Of a stretch of 50,423 bases of DNA, positions 1 to 8,689 are shown piece after piece. The translations under genes were made by a program, and so were the position numbers. Origin of the DNA: an uncultured Candidatus Saccharibacteria bacterium (lineage in GTDB: Bacteria; Patescibacteriota; Minisyncoccia; Minisyncoccales; GWA2-38-27); the NCBI GenBank assembly GCA_964394985.1, contig CAYMZK010000002.1, positions 88,349 through 138,771 on the forward strand, in the 5' to 3' direction. The notes under the pieces were generated by a model that searched no databases, was not told where the DNA came from, and was given only the letters and a program-made list of their open reading frames with translations. Position 1 is the stretch's first letter, and every line of letters begins with the position of its first letter.

Positions 1-20
1 AAAACATAAACATACCACAT
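1..20 (-). CDS. Start of a probable GIY-YIG nuclease ORF, cut by the window edge
   Basis: ATG TGG TAT GTT TAT GTT TT = MWYVYV(L/F), resembling the N-terminal strand of small GIY-YIG proteins. Only 6 full codons are visible. Confidence 0.4.
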
Positions 21-24
21 TATA

Positions 25-81
25 TAAAAGTCAGTTGCTCCCTGCCTGCCGGCAGGCAGGTTCCAATTGAGCTATAGGGGC
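25..81 (-). tRNA. 5' half of a tRNA (probably Lys-UUU), with a 20-nt palindrome in the D-loop and interrupted after the anticodon
   Basis: Minus strand reads GCCCCTA TA GCTC AATTGGAA [CCTGCCTGCCGGCAGGCAGG] GAGC A ACTGA CT TTT A. The expected ATCAGT does not follow; non-tRNA sequence does. The 3' half is not in the window. Confidence 0.7.
41..60. repeat. 20-bp GC-rich palindromic element
   Basis: CCTGCCTGCCGGCAGGCAGG is a perfect palindrome; a 19/20 copy lies at 35754-35773. Confidence 0.9.
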
Positions 82-116
82 AATATGATATCTTGGCCTA
101 TTTTAGATTTTTAATT

Positions 117-1025
117 TTAATTATTGGGCAAACATTGAGGATCGCCAAGGGGGATAGTTATTATTCCCGATTTAGGGGCAGGAATATATTTACAATTTCC
201 TAAGCTTTTACAAATAGATTCCGTGCATTCTTTACCTAAAACTGTGCACTTGCTACATTCCCCAGGAGAAGCACAATATCCTTGTTTTGATAGGAGGGGG
301 TCTTTAATAAGAAAGGTGCAACCGCTTCCAATGGCATTACATTCTGATACATCGCATTTTTGATCAATAGTTCCACACAAGCTACACTCATTCTCTTTAG
401 CACAATATCCTTTCGATCCAACAGAAACAAAATTGCAACCTTCAGTTATTTTACTACAAACAGAAGGGTCGCAGTCACCAGTAGAGTTTCCTGGACACAG
501 ACTACAAACAGATATAACTGGCTCGGGAGGGATCGGCTTTGGTTCTTCTTTTTTGATCTTTTCTTCTATTCCCCCGGTATTATTACTAGAACCTTGTCCA
601 GTACATTTTATTTTCCACCAACCATCTTGAAATCCCTCCCATTCTGTAGCTCCAATAGTAGTTAAAAAGGTATTAACTATCGCCCAAGCTCCATATATAA
701 TCACTAAACCAATCGCTACTGAGACAAAAACACTTTTGGCCTTAGAAACCATACCCGGATCTCCTCTACTTAAAATATAATAAGCTCCTCCAATTACTAT
801 TAATAAGGCGGCTAGTGGGGGAACAACCATTATAAAGAGAAAATCTAAAATCCGATCCACCATAACAAATAAATGGCACAATTCACAAGGTACCGTTTGA
901 TCTCCATCTTGACTCGGATCATCTTGAGAAAGACCGCAAGGAACTAGTCCCGCTGAAGCAAAAGTGGGGATAATTAAAAAAGAAAGTAATATTAAAAAAA
1001 TAAAAAGTAAAAGTATTTTCTTCAT
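117..1025 (-). CDS. T4SS-pilin (TrbC/VirB2-like) domain protein with Cys-rich C-terminal repeats
   Basis: Start MKKILLL at 1025 (signal peptide), LVPCG..CELCHLF, two hydrophobic helices around SRGDPGMVSKAK, three CSxC-type modules. Confidence 0.7.
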   Translation of the reverse strand: MKKILLLFIFLILLSFLIIPTFASAGLVPCGLSQDDPSQDGDQTVPCELCHLFVMVDRILDFLFIMVVPPLAALLIVIGGAYYILSRGDPGMVSKAKSVFVSVAIGLVIIYGAWAIVNTFLTTIGATEWEGFQDGWWKIKCTGQGSSNNTGGIEEKIKKEEPKPIPPEPVISVCSLCPGNSTGDCDPSVCSKITEGCNFVSVGSKGYCAKENECSLCGTIDQKCDVSECNAIGSGCTFLIKDPLLSKQGYCASPGECSKCTVLGKECTESICKSLGNCKYIPAPKSGIITIPLGDPQCLPNN

Positions 1026-1026
1026 A

Positions 1027-2067
1027 TTATTTTGCAAATGGGTTTCTGGCTCCATGAACAGCAAAGTGAACATGACAACCAGTAGATATTCCCGCCCCTT
1101 TAGTTCCTGGCTTTCCACCGATTAAAGCAATTTGTTCTCCTTGAGAAACTTTTTGGCCAACAACGACAGTAGCTTTTTGAATATGCCCATAAGAAGTAAC
1201 CACTCCGTTAGGATGCAACACCCTAATAGTGTTTCCGGCTCCAAAGTTATACCCATAATCTATCTTTTGAACCGTTCCGGCCGCAGCCGCAAATATCGGA
1301 GAGCCACAACTTTCTCCAAAATCAATAGCATTATACCAATGCAATCCTTGAGTAATGTGAACCTTGGCCACGGGAGGAATAAAATAACTTGACCCAACCG
1401 GAATACTGCCGGCGTAATTAGTTGATTTAACAACTGGCATTTCGCCATTTGGAATAATTAAAATATCTCCAATAAAAATATCTCCCGCACTAGACAAACC
1501 ATTTTCCTCTATAATCTCTGACGTCTTTCCTTTGTATGTTTTAGCAATTTCACTTAAAGTATCTCCACTTTTAACATGATGAATAACACCGGTAACCGGA
1601 AGGATAACTAATTTTTGTCCCGGCCTAATTACCGATCCAACCGTTAGGTCATTAGTTAAAAGTATGGTGTTTAGAGAAATATCAAACTTTCCGGCAATTG
1701 AATAAAGAGAATCTCCTTCTTCAACAACATATTCAATAATTCCATCTCTTTGATCGCTTTCTACTCCGCCAAGAACGCTTCCTAAAACATCAACATCTAA
1801 AACAGCAGTTGGTGAAACTGCTACTAAACTATTATCTTGAACAAAACTCATGCCTGGAGATTCCCTGAAAAGATTATTGGAAGATTGAGCAAATAAAGGG
1901 GAGCCTGATTCGGCTGCTGACGCTAAAAAGTTAATATTCTCTAAAGATTTTAAAACCGATCCGGAAGTAAAAGAAATTACTCCAAATAAAATGACTATTG
2001 TAATAACAGCCAAACTTAAAAAAGGTTTTTTTCTACATTTGCCTAAATTCTCCTTGATCGCAAACAA
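1027..2067 (-). CDS. LysM x2 + M23 peptidase
   Basis: YVVEEGDSLYSIA and HVKSGDTLSEIA LysM repeats; AIDFG, TSYGH, STGCHVHF M23 motifs. Start uncertain. Confidence 0.9.
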   Translation of the reverse strand: MFAIKENLGKCRKKPFLSLAVITIVILFGVISFTSGSVLKSLENINFLASAAESGSPLFAQSSNNLFRESPGMSFVQDNSLVAVSPTAVLDVDVLGSVLGGVESDQRDGIIEYVVEEGDSLYSIAGKFDISLNTILLTNDLTVGSVIRPGQKLVILPVTGVIHHVKSGDTLSEIAKTYKGKTSEIIEENGLSSAGDIFIGDILIIPNGEMPVVKSTNYAGSIPVGSSYFIPPVAKVHITQGLHWYNAIDFGESCGSPIFAAAAGTVQKIDYGYNFGAGNTIRVLHPNGVVTSYGHIQKATVVVGQKVSQGEQIALIGGKPGTKGAGISTGCHVHFAVHGARNPFAK

Positions 2068-2167
2068 AAATTGTAGTGGTTTTCTATGAATAATTAGGTC
2101 TCCTCTATTATTAGATTATTTAATTATCTTAGCTTTTTGAAGGGTTGAAGTCAAGCCCCCTTTTCCC

Positions 2168-2204
2168 CCTGCCCGCAATGCTTCGCGTAGCGATGCAGGC
2201 GAGG
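2168..2204. repeat. GC-rich imperfect palindrome (REP-like) in divergent intergenic region
   Basis: CCTGCCCGCAATGCTTCGCGTAGCGATGCAGGCGAGG folds as an imperfect hairpin in an AT-rich context. Confidence 0.5.
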
Positions 2205-2227
2205 CCTATCTATGCTATTATTATATA

Positions 2228-2953
2228 ATGATTAAGGCTATTAAAAAATTAGGCCAAAACTTCATAACCAATCAGGGCATTATTACTAAAATTGTTAACA
2301 ATGCTAACCTTAATAAAAATGATGTTGTTTTAGAGATCGGCCCAGGAAAAGGCAACTTAACCAAAGAAATAGCCCAAAGAGTTAAAAAAGTTATCGCTGT
2401 TGAAAAAGATCAGCGTCTTATCTATTTTTTACAAGAAGAATTAAAAGATTACAAAAATATTGAAATCGTTCATGAAGACATTATGAACTTTCAATTTCCA
2501 AGTACTAATTACAAAATAGTAGCCAACATTCCTTTTTATTTAACCAACCACCTTATCAGAAAACTATTAGAAGCAGATAATCAACCAGAGCAAATTACTT
2601 TAATTGTTCAAAAAGAAGTCGCCAAAAGAATTGTTGCCAAACCACCCAAAACCAATATCTTGGCTATTTCGGTAAACTTCTATGCGGACGCCAAATATCT
2701 TTTTACCATTCCAAAAAAGTACTTCCATCCAAAGCCCAAAATAGACAGCGCTCTTATCCAGATAACGCCAAAAAGGAAATACAGTGTTAATTCAGAAAAA
2801 TTTTTCAAGCTAGTAAAGGCTGGCTACTCTCATCCTAGAAAGCAATTACAGAATAATTTAAAGAGCATCATGGAGCTTCCGCCAGAATTTAAAAAAGCTA
2901 GAGCCGAGAATTTATCCACAGAGGATTGGATTAAATTATTAGAAATGTTATAA
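2228..2953 (+). CDS. rsmA: 16S rRNA adenine dimethyltransferase RsmA/KsgA
   Basis: KKLGQNF, VLEIGPGKG, VANIPFY, FHPKPKIDSA motifs. Confidence 0.95.
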   Translation: MIKAIKKLGQNFITNQGIITKIVNNANLNKNDVVLEIGPGKGNLTKEIAQRVKKVIAVEKDQRLIYFLQEELKDYKNIEIVHEDIMNFQFPSTNYKIVANIPFYLTNHLIRKLLEADNQPEQITLIVQKEVAKRIVAKPPKTNILAISVNFYADAKYLFTIPKKYFHPKPKIDSALIQITPKRKYSVNSEKFFKLVKAGYSHPRKQLQNNLKSIMELPPEFKKARAENLSTEDWIKLLEML

Positions 2954-2960
2954 TATTTTA

Positions 2961-5063
2961 ATGTCAGCAAAAATCAAAAACTTCCTATTAAAAAAGAAAA
3001 GTATTTTAATGATTTTTCTTTTTGCTTTAGTTGGGGGACTAACTCCTAAAGCAGCTCATGCTAGTTTTTGGGCTAAAGGAGTTCAAGTTATTCTCTTTTT
3101 CTTTTTAAATGTTGTTGTAACAGGACAATTATTTCTTACTAAATTCGTTGCTAGGTTGTTGAACTGGGTAATGAGCACTAATTTTATTAGTCTAGATTAC
3201 ACTAATCCAGCTGGAAACCCAATCATTGAAGTCGGCCTAAAAGTAACTCAAGGACTTGTCAATATGATTCTTGTTTTAGTCTTGGTCTATATTGCTTTAG
3301 TCACTATTTTAAATTTAGAAAGATACCAAACAAGAAAGCTTTTAATTACTTTTGTAGTAATAGCTCTTTTAGTAAACTTTGCCCCCGTTATTTGTGGAGT
3401 AGTAGTAGATATTTCTAATGTAGTAATGAACTTTTTTACTTCTGAATTAAACGCTGAAGGATTTGGAAATGCCATTGGGTCAAAAGTTGATACTATTAGG
3501 GGAGAGATTAAAAACGCCGAAGGTACTACTTGGGAACAAGCTTCTGGCACTGTCGGGCAAATGCTAGTTTTAATTCCTTTCTTATTTATTTTAAGTATAA
3601 TGTTATTAATTTTTGCCTTCTTATTTATTTTCAGATATATAATGATTTGGCTTTTGGTCATTTTGGCTCCATTAGCCTTTGCCGCTTATATTTTACCAGA
3701 AACTAAAAAATATTTTGAATTGTGGTGGAAACAATTAATTGGCTGGTCTTTTATCGGAGCCACTGCGGGGTTTTTTATCTACTTATCCTTATTATTAGTT
3801 TCTCTTGTTCCAAATAACATATCTTCGCCTCAAACAGAAGAGACCACTGTTTTTGATGCTGTAATTCCCTACTTTGTTTCGGTGGCTTTTCTCGGAATCG
3901 GTTTTGTCTTAGCTTCTAAAACCTCTGCAATGGGCGCAAACACTGTTATTGGAATTGCTAAAAAGAGACATGCGGCTGCCTATAATCGCGGAAAGCAGGT
4001 TGGAAAATGGGCTCTAAGAAAAACGGGTAGAACGGTTAGAGATAGAATGGCTGAATCTGAAACAATGCAAAGAACCGCTCAAAGACTGGCTACTTCAAGG
4101 CGTCGGGGAGAGGGCCAATCAGGAGTTCTGGGCGCTTTAACAAGAACCCTTGATACTCCTTTCTATTATGCAAAAAGATTAGCTGGTAAAATGGCTGGTG
4201 CTAATTTTATTGACCAACAAAAAGACGAGATTAAAAAACAACAGGGAGAGCTTAAGGATAAAGATAAAACTGTTCAACTTAGAGAATTCCGCAGCGCCGG
4301 AACAGCCGGCAACAAAGCTAAGCGCATTGCTGCTCTAAATGCTATTATTGAAGACGGAAACCTTGATGATTTAATGGATACTGAAAAATATGGCAAGGGT
4401 GCTATTACTCAAGAAGATATTAAAAAAATGTACGATTCAGCTAAGAAAATTGATTCGGGTAAGTTTATTGAAAAGGCGGCCCCCCATATTGTTCACAGGG
4501 ACAATCCTGAAAAAATTAAAGAAGTGGTTGCTAAACTTAAGCCAAAAGACTATGAAAACCTATCTGCTAGTATATTTAAAGATATTGATAGTGATGATGG
4601 AGAAAAAGCCGAAGCTGCAATTAAGGCCGTTGACGCAATGGTAGAAAATGCTATGGGCTCACATATCAGCAAAGCTATTGATAAACATGGACGAGTAGCT
4701 ACCGACGCAATTGAGAAACAAATTAATAGCCGCGGAAATAACAAAACAGAAAGAGAAACTTGGCTTTCAAATAACAATCCTAAATTATTAAAATATATAA
4801 ATAGTCAATCTGGTCAGGGAATGCTTTCAATAGCAGAAGGAAAAACCGAAACCCACCAAGAACAACAAGAAAGAATAGCTGAAGAAAAAGAGGCTCTTTT
4901 AAGAATAGGAAAAAAAGCGAGAGAAGAAAGAACAATATATTCTACCCCGGAAGAGAAAGAGAAAGCTAAAAAAGATGCTTTAAGATCAAAACAAAGAAAA
5001 GAAAAGAAAGTGCCAAAAACAGGAAGAGAAGGAAGAAAAGATAAAAACATCCCTAACTCATAA
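2961..5063 (+). CDS. Polytopic membrane protein, VirB6/TrbL-like, with large charged C-terminal tail
   Basis: Many TM helices; ALLVNFAP..CGVVVDISN and RYIMIWLLVILAPLAFAAYILPETKKYFELWWK typical of CPR VirB6-like proteins. Confidence 0.6.
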   Translation: MSAKIKNFLLKKKSILMIFLFALVGGLTPKAAHASFWAKGVQVILFFFLNVVVTGQLFLTKFVARLLNWVMSTNFISLDYTNPAGNPIIEVGLKVTQGLVNMILVLVLVYIALVTILNLERYQTRKLLITFVVIALLVNFAPVICGVVVDISNVVMNFFTSELNAEGFGNAIGSKVDTIRGEIKNAEGTTWEQASGTVGQMLVLIPFLFILSIMLLIFAFLFIFRYIMIWLLVILAPLAFAAYILPETKKYFELWWKQLIGWSFIGATAGFFIYLSLLLVSLVPNNISSPQTEETTVFDAVIPYFVSVAFLGIGFVLASKTSAMGANTVIGIAKKRHAAAYNRGKQVGKWALRKTGRTVRDRMAESETMQRTAQRLATSRRRGEGQSGVLGALTRTLDTPFYYAKRLAGKMAGANFIDQQKDEIKKQQGELKDKDKTVQLREFRSAGTAGNKAKRIAALNAIIEDGNLDDLMDTEKYGKGAITQEDIKKMYDSAKKIDSGKFIEKAAPHIVHRDNPEKIKEVVAKLKPKDYENLSASIFKDIDSDDGEKAEAAIKAVDAMVENAMGSHISKAIDKHGRVATDAIEKQINSRGNNKTERETWLSNNNPKLLKYINSQSGQGMLSIAEGKTETHQEQQERIAEEKEALLRIGKKAREERTIYSTPEEKEKAKKDALRSKQRKEKKVPKTGREGRKDKNIPNS

Positions 5064-5065
5064 AA

Positions 5066-5090
5066 AAAGCCACTCGTTCCGAGTGGCTTT
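5066..5090. terminator. Bidirectional intrinsic terminator
   Basis: AAAGCCACTC-GTTCC-GAGTGGCTTT between convergent genes. Confidence 0.8.
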
Positions 5091-5100
5091 AAATCATTTA

Positions 5101-6162
5101 TTATTCTTCCCTCCTTTCTTTGTTATTACCAACCAATCGATTGGCTAAATCGGTTAAATAGGCAGAAGCCGTACTCCCTATAGCGCTAGCGCCATCGGAG
5201 GTTCTTATGTCTTTTATTATACCAAATTTAGCCCCCAACTGGTAAGTCACGACTTGTACAGCGGTTTCTCTAGCTTTTTCTTTATCACAACCGCTCTTGA
5301 TTAATCGTTCCATCACGATTTCAATCAATTGTCCCAGCTCCATTGCTCGTTGCTTTACTTCGTGCTCAGCAGCCAGAACACTCAATTCGGCTAACCGAAT
5401 TGACCTCTCTTCCTCAAAAATCTTTTGTCTGGTTTTAACGACCTCCTCATCCCAATTGAAGTCGCTTATCGTCAACCTTTTGACGACAAAACCGTAACTC
5501 TTAACGGTATCCTCCAACCGAACAAACCTACTCTTAACAGCATCCCACCAAGAATCTTTATCGCTTTCATGAGTTGCTGAAAGAACCCCCTCAACAGTAA
5601 GATTGTTGAGGCAAGTTTTTAAAGCGTCTTCAAACGCTTCCTGGATAGCTATGATCCAGTCATCAATCGCGTAAGCGATCTTGAGGATGCTTTCCTCTTC
5701 ATCACCCTGCGTTCCCGCTCCTTCCACTTGTACCCAAACCCTTGGCTCCACTAGTTCTGTTTTGCCGCCACCTTTAAGGTCGATGTGGATACCGTTAGGG
5801 TATCTCCTTTCAGGGAAGAGGAGCAACGACTGCTCAGAAGTAATCACGAGCAGTCTCTTATGCATTAATCTTGGGCAAACCCAGCGCAAGCCAGGCCTTA
5901 AAATACGATAAGCTCTTCCTAAAAACTCAACTACCACCCTTTCTTCTGGCTAAATAACTATAAGGCCAGACAAAATAATAAAAAAAGATAAAATGAAAGG
6001 AGCACAAAAAATACTCCCCACAATCCAATTTTTATTAAACAGAAAAAAAGCGCCGACTATAGTAGTACAAACCACTACTATCAAAACAGCTATTATGATT
6101 GTGTTCACCATAATAGCTGTCTCTCTCATCTCTTTTTTAATTTCATTTATTAATTCACTCAT
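5101..6162 (-). pseudogene. SPFH/band-7 family membrane protein split by one in-frame TAG (5952-5950)
   Basis: ORFs 5950-6162 and 5101-5937 share a frame: SGLIVI*PEERVVVEFLGRAYRILRPGLRW, an SPFH-type N-terminus after TM helices. Confidence 0.7.
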
Positions 6163-6231
6163 AATTCGCTCCTTTTAAAATTGTGAAAGATCTATTTTTT
6201 TTCCAAGAAAACTATTTTCTTGAACAGCTCA

Positions 6232-6260
6232 ATTCTAGTATATATTATTATTTATGTCAA
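6232..6260 (-). promoter_or_regulatory. sigma70 promoter of the SPFH gene
   Basis: TTGACA-17 nt-TAGAAT; AAGGAG Shine-Dalgarno before ATG 6162. Confidence 0.7.
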
Positions 6261-6382
6261 GTAAAACTGCGGTTAAATTAGTAGCCAAATCAATAATTGT
6301 TAATCTTAAAAACTTCCAGTTAACACATATGTATTAAATAAACGTAAATTTAAGTGTATAAAAATGGGGGGGCACGAAAAAA

Positions 6383-7012
6383 TCAAGAAACCGTGTACTC
6401 TTCGACCTTATTTTTAATTTCTTTTTTAACATCCTCCCACTTAGTCTCTTTGATTATTTTAGGTATTGGTTCTTTTTCTGCGTCTTCAAAATATATTAAA
6501 CTTTTTAAAAGATGCATATGATTATATTTTATCCCCTTATATTTTCTTTCAAACAACCTCATTAGAGTTTCAAGATCATTTTCTTTAAAAAGAAAATATA
6601 AATCTATAAAGTCTTTTTTACTTCCCCTGGAAGAAATAGCGCTGATTTTCATACAAGCAATATCTCTAGGGTCAGCTAATTTAATTCCCCGATAATCAAT
6701 AAAAGGGAAAAGATTTTTATGTTTGTACTCAAAAAAACTCAATTTAACATTATTTAAAATACAATTTAAAGTTAACCTGTCGCCCTCTTCCTCTGTGACT
6801 ATTTCTAATTTTCCAATCTTTTCTAATTGATTTTTAATTTTTCTAATAGAAAAATTCTTTTCTGTAAACCAGTCTAGATCAATTGACTTTCTGTGACCGA
6901 ACTGAAGAGCCAGGGCAGTGCCACCAGCCAAATAAAAATCTTTTAGAAAGCTTAATTTTTTTATCTGATCCAAAAGAAGTTTTGTTTTTTTGTCGAGAAT
7001 TTCTTCGTACAT
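6383..7012 (-). CDS. AbiEii-family nucleotidyltransferase toxin (type IV TA)
   Basis: FYLAGGTALALQFGHRKSIDLDWF; MKISAISSRGSKKDFIDLY. Confidence 0.9.
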   Translation of the reverse strand: MYEEILDKKTKLLLDQIKKLSFLKDFYLAGGTALALQFGHRKSIDLDWFTEKNFSIRKIKNQLEKIGKLEIVTEEEGDRLTLNCILNNVKLSFFEYKHKNLFPFIDYRGIKLADPRDIACMKISAISSRGSKKDFIDLYFLFKENDLETLMRLFERKYKGIKYNHMHLLKSLIYFEDAEKEPIPKIIKETKWEDVKKEIKNKVEEYTVS

Positions 7013-7263
7013 TTAAATGACTTTAAGGGAATATTAAATATAACACTCCAAAAGTTTATATTCCTTTTAGATATATAATTTGCTTTTAGAGCAACGTTTT
7101 TGATTTTCTCTAGCCCGTAAATCTCTTTTAATATTTCGTAATCTTTCTTATCTCCATAATTTAGCACTCTTTCTATAATAAAATGACTATGTTTTTGATA
7201 GTCTAAACTCTTAACATCGACATCCCAAAAAAGATTTTTACTCAAAGAAAGATTCTTTTTCAT
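6961..7263 (-). CDS. DUF6922-like putative antitoxin partner
   Basis: LFWDVD..FIIERVLNYGD motif; overlaps the AbiEii gene start. Confidence 0.75.
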   Translation of the reverse strand: MKKNLSLSKNLFWDVDVKSLDYQKHSHFIIERVLNYGDKKDYEILKEIYGLEKIKNVALKANYISKRNINFWSVIFNIPLKSFKCTKKFSTKKQNFFWIR

Positions 7264-7300
7264 ATTGTTATTATACCATACTTTACTTTAAAAATCCATT

Positions 7301-7327
7301 AAAAAACAGGAGTGCTCCTCCTGCTTT
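7301..7327 (-). terminator. Intrinsic terminator after dnaN
   Basis: CAGGAG-TGCTC-CTCCTG stem with a U-tract on the minus strand. Confidence 0.55.
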
Positions 7328-7350
7328 AATGCTTAAATGGTTAAATACTC

Positions 7351-8481
7351 TTATGATGATTTAATCGGCATTATTACATACAAGAAACTATCATCTCCAA
7401 CCGGTTGTAATACCCCTGGACCAGAATCGCTGTTTAATTTTAAAATAACCTCTGAGGTTTTAATATTAGACAAGCCATCCATCAAAAATCGGTGATTAAA
7501 AGAAACTTCAACTGGATCTCCTTTAACTTTTCCCTTGATAAAAGACTCATGATCTCCTAATTCTAAACTTTGACTTGAAACTCCGATCTTATTACCCTTA
7601 GGATCAACCTTTACTTTAATTTCATTTACTTTGCCACTAAATAAACTAGCTGTTTTAATTTGATTAAGAAAATCGTTTTTATCTAAAACAACTTCAGTGG
7701 TGTATTTTTTGGGAATAATTTCTTGATAATTAGGATAATCTCCTTCTATTAATCGAGAAACTAACTGAATTTGAGGGTGATTGGTTTCTTCCATTAGAGA
7801 TTCAAACATAATTTGATTGGGAGAAAAATGAATATTTATTTCTCCATTTTTTTCTCCAAAAATATTAATAATCTCTTTAACTGTTTTTTGAGGAATAATT
7901 AAAGCGTATTCTTTATTTAAAGAAATGTTATTTTTGAGAAATATCTTTTTTTCTCCTAAGCGAAAGCTATCAGTGGCCACAATAGTAATCATGTTTTTTT
8001 GAAAAATAAAGTAAATTCCAGAAATCTCTGGCCTAGTGGTAGAGGGAATTGGGATATCAGCGACCTGATTTAGGTCCTTACAAAAAATAGAACTATTAAT
8101 AGAAATTGAATCGCCATCGGTTATAGTAGGAATAATAGGGAACTCTTCAGCGTCTAATCCCTTTATCTCGGTATTATAGTTTTTACATTTAACTGATAGA
8201 TTATTTTTTTTAACACTTAATTCTATAACTTCTTTAGGGAGTAAGGAAATAAAACTAGATAATAGTCTTGAAGGAATGGTAACTTTTCCTTGCTTTTCCA
8301 CCCTACTTAAAACCCACCATTTAATTCCTATTTCTAGGTCGGTTGCTGAAAGATTTAAAAAATTCTTTTCTGTTGAGATTAAGATATTATTTAAAATAGG
8401 TAAAGTTAAAGATTTAGAAGAAATTCTTTCCGTAATATTTAGTCCTTGTTTAATTTTTTCTTGAGGGATTGATAGTTTCAT
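7351..8481 (-). CDS. dnaN: DNA polymerase III beta clamp
   Basis: LPILNNILI, ATDLEI, VATDSFRL, RLIEGDYPNY, YVIMPI; follows dnaA. Confidence 0.98.
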   Translation of the reverse strand: MKLSIPQEKIKQGLNITERISSKSLTLPILNNILISTEKNFLNLSATDLEIGIKWWVLSRVEKQGKVTIPSRLLSSFISLLPKEVIELSVKKNNLSVKCKNYNTEIKGLDAEEFPIIPTITDGDSISINSSIFCKDLNQVADIPIPSTTRPEISGIYFIFQKNMITIVATDSFRLGEKKIFLKNNISLNKEYALIIPQKTVKEIINIFGEKNGEINIHFSPNQIMFESLMEETNHPQIQLVSRLIEGDYPNYQEIIPKKYTTEVVLDKNDFLNQIKTASLFSGKVNEIKVKVDPKGNKIGVSSQSLELGDHESFIKGKVKGDPVEVSFNHRFLMDGLSNIKTSEVILKLNSDSGPGVLQPVGDDSFLYVIMPIKSS

Positions 8482-8689
8482 AATAATATATTTAATAATA
8501 TTTATATATTTATTGTTATTATTAGTTATGTGGAAAAGATTATTTTTAAACTTATTTTAAGTGGGGATAATTTGTCTAAAAATACTTTAAATAACTAGGT
8601 GAAAAGTTGTTAATTGTTTTTTACTATTTTTTATACCCATTATTTTAATATTTTTTCAAAAGATAATTCACAGAGTTATTAACAGTTTA
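8482..8689. promoter_or_regulatory. oriC subregion: AT-rich unwinding element plus DnaA-box-like 9-mers
   Basis: AT-only tract with TAA/TAT triplet runs (8481-8528) next to TGTGGAAAA (8529-8537); TGGGGATAA 8562-8570, TTATACCCA 8631-8639, TAATTCACA 8664-8672, TTATTAACA 8676-8684. Confidence 0.8.

Noticed and set aside
5950-5952. Genome-wide stop-codon reassignment
   Set aside because: TAG ends rpmH, tsaE and ruvB and TGA ends infB at expected positions; only one gene shows an internal stop.
6318-6345. Weak dif-like sequence AGTTAACACATATGTATTAAATAAACGT
   Set aside because: Poor match to XerC/XerD arms and next to oriC rather than the terminus.
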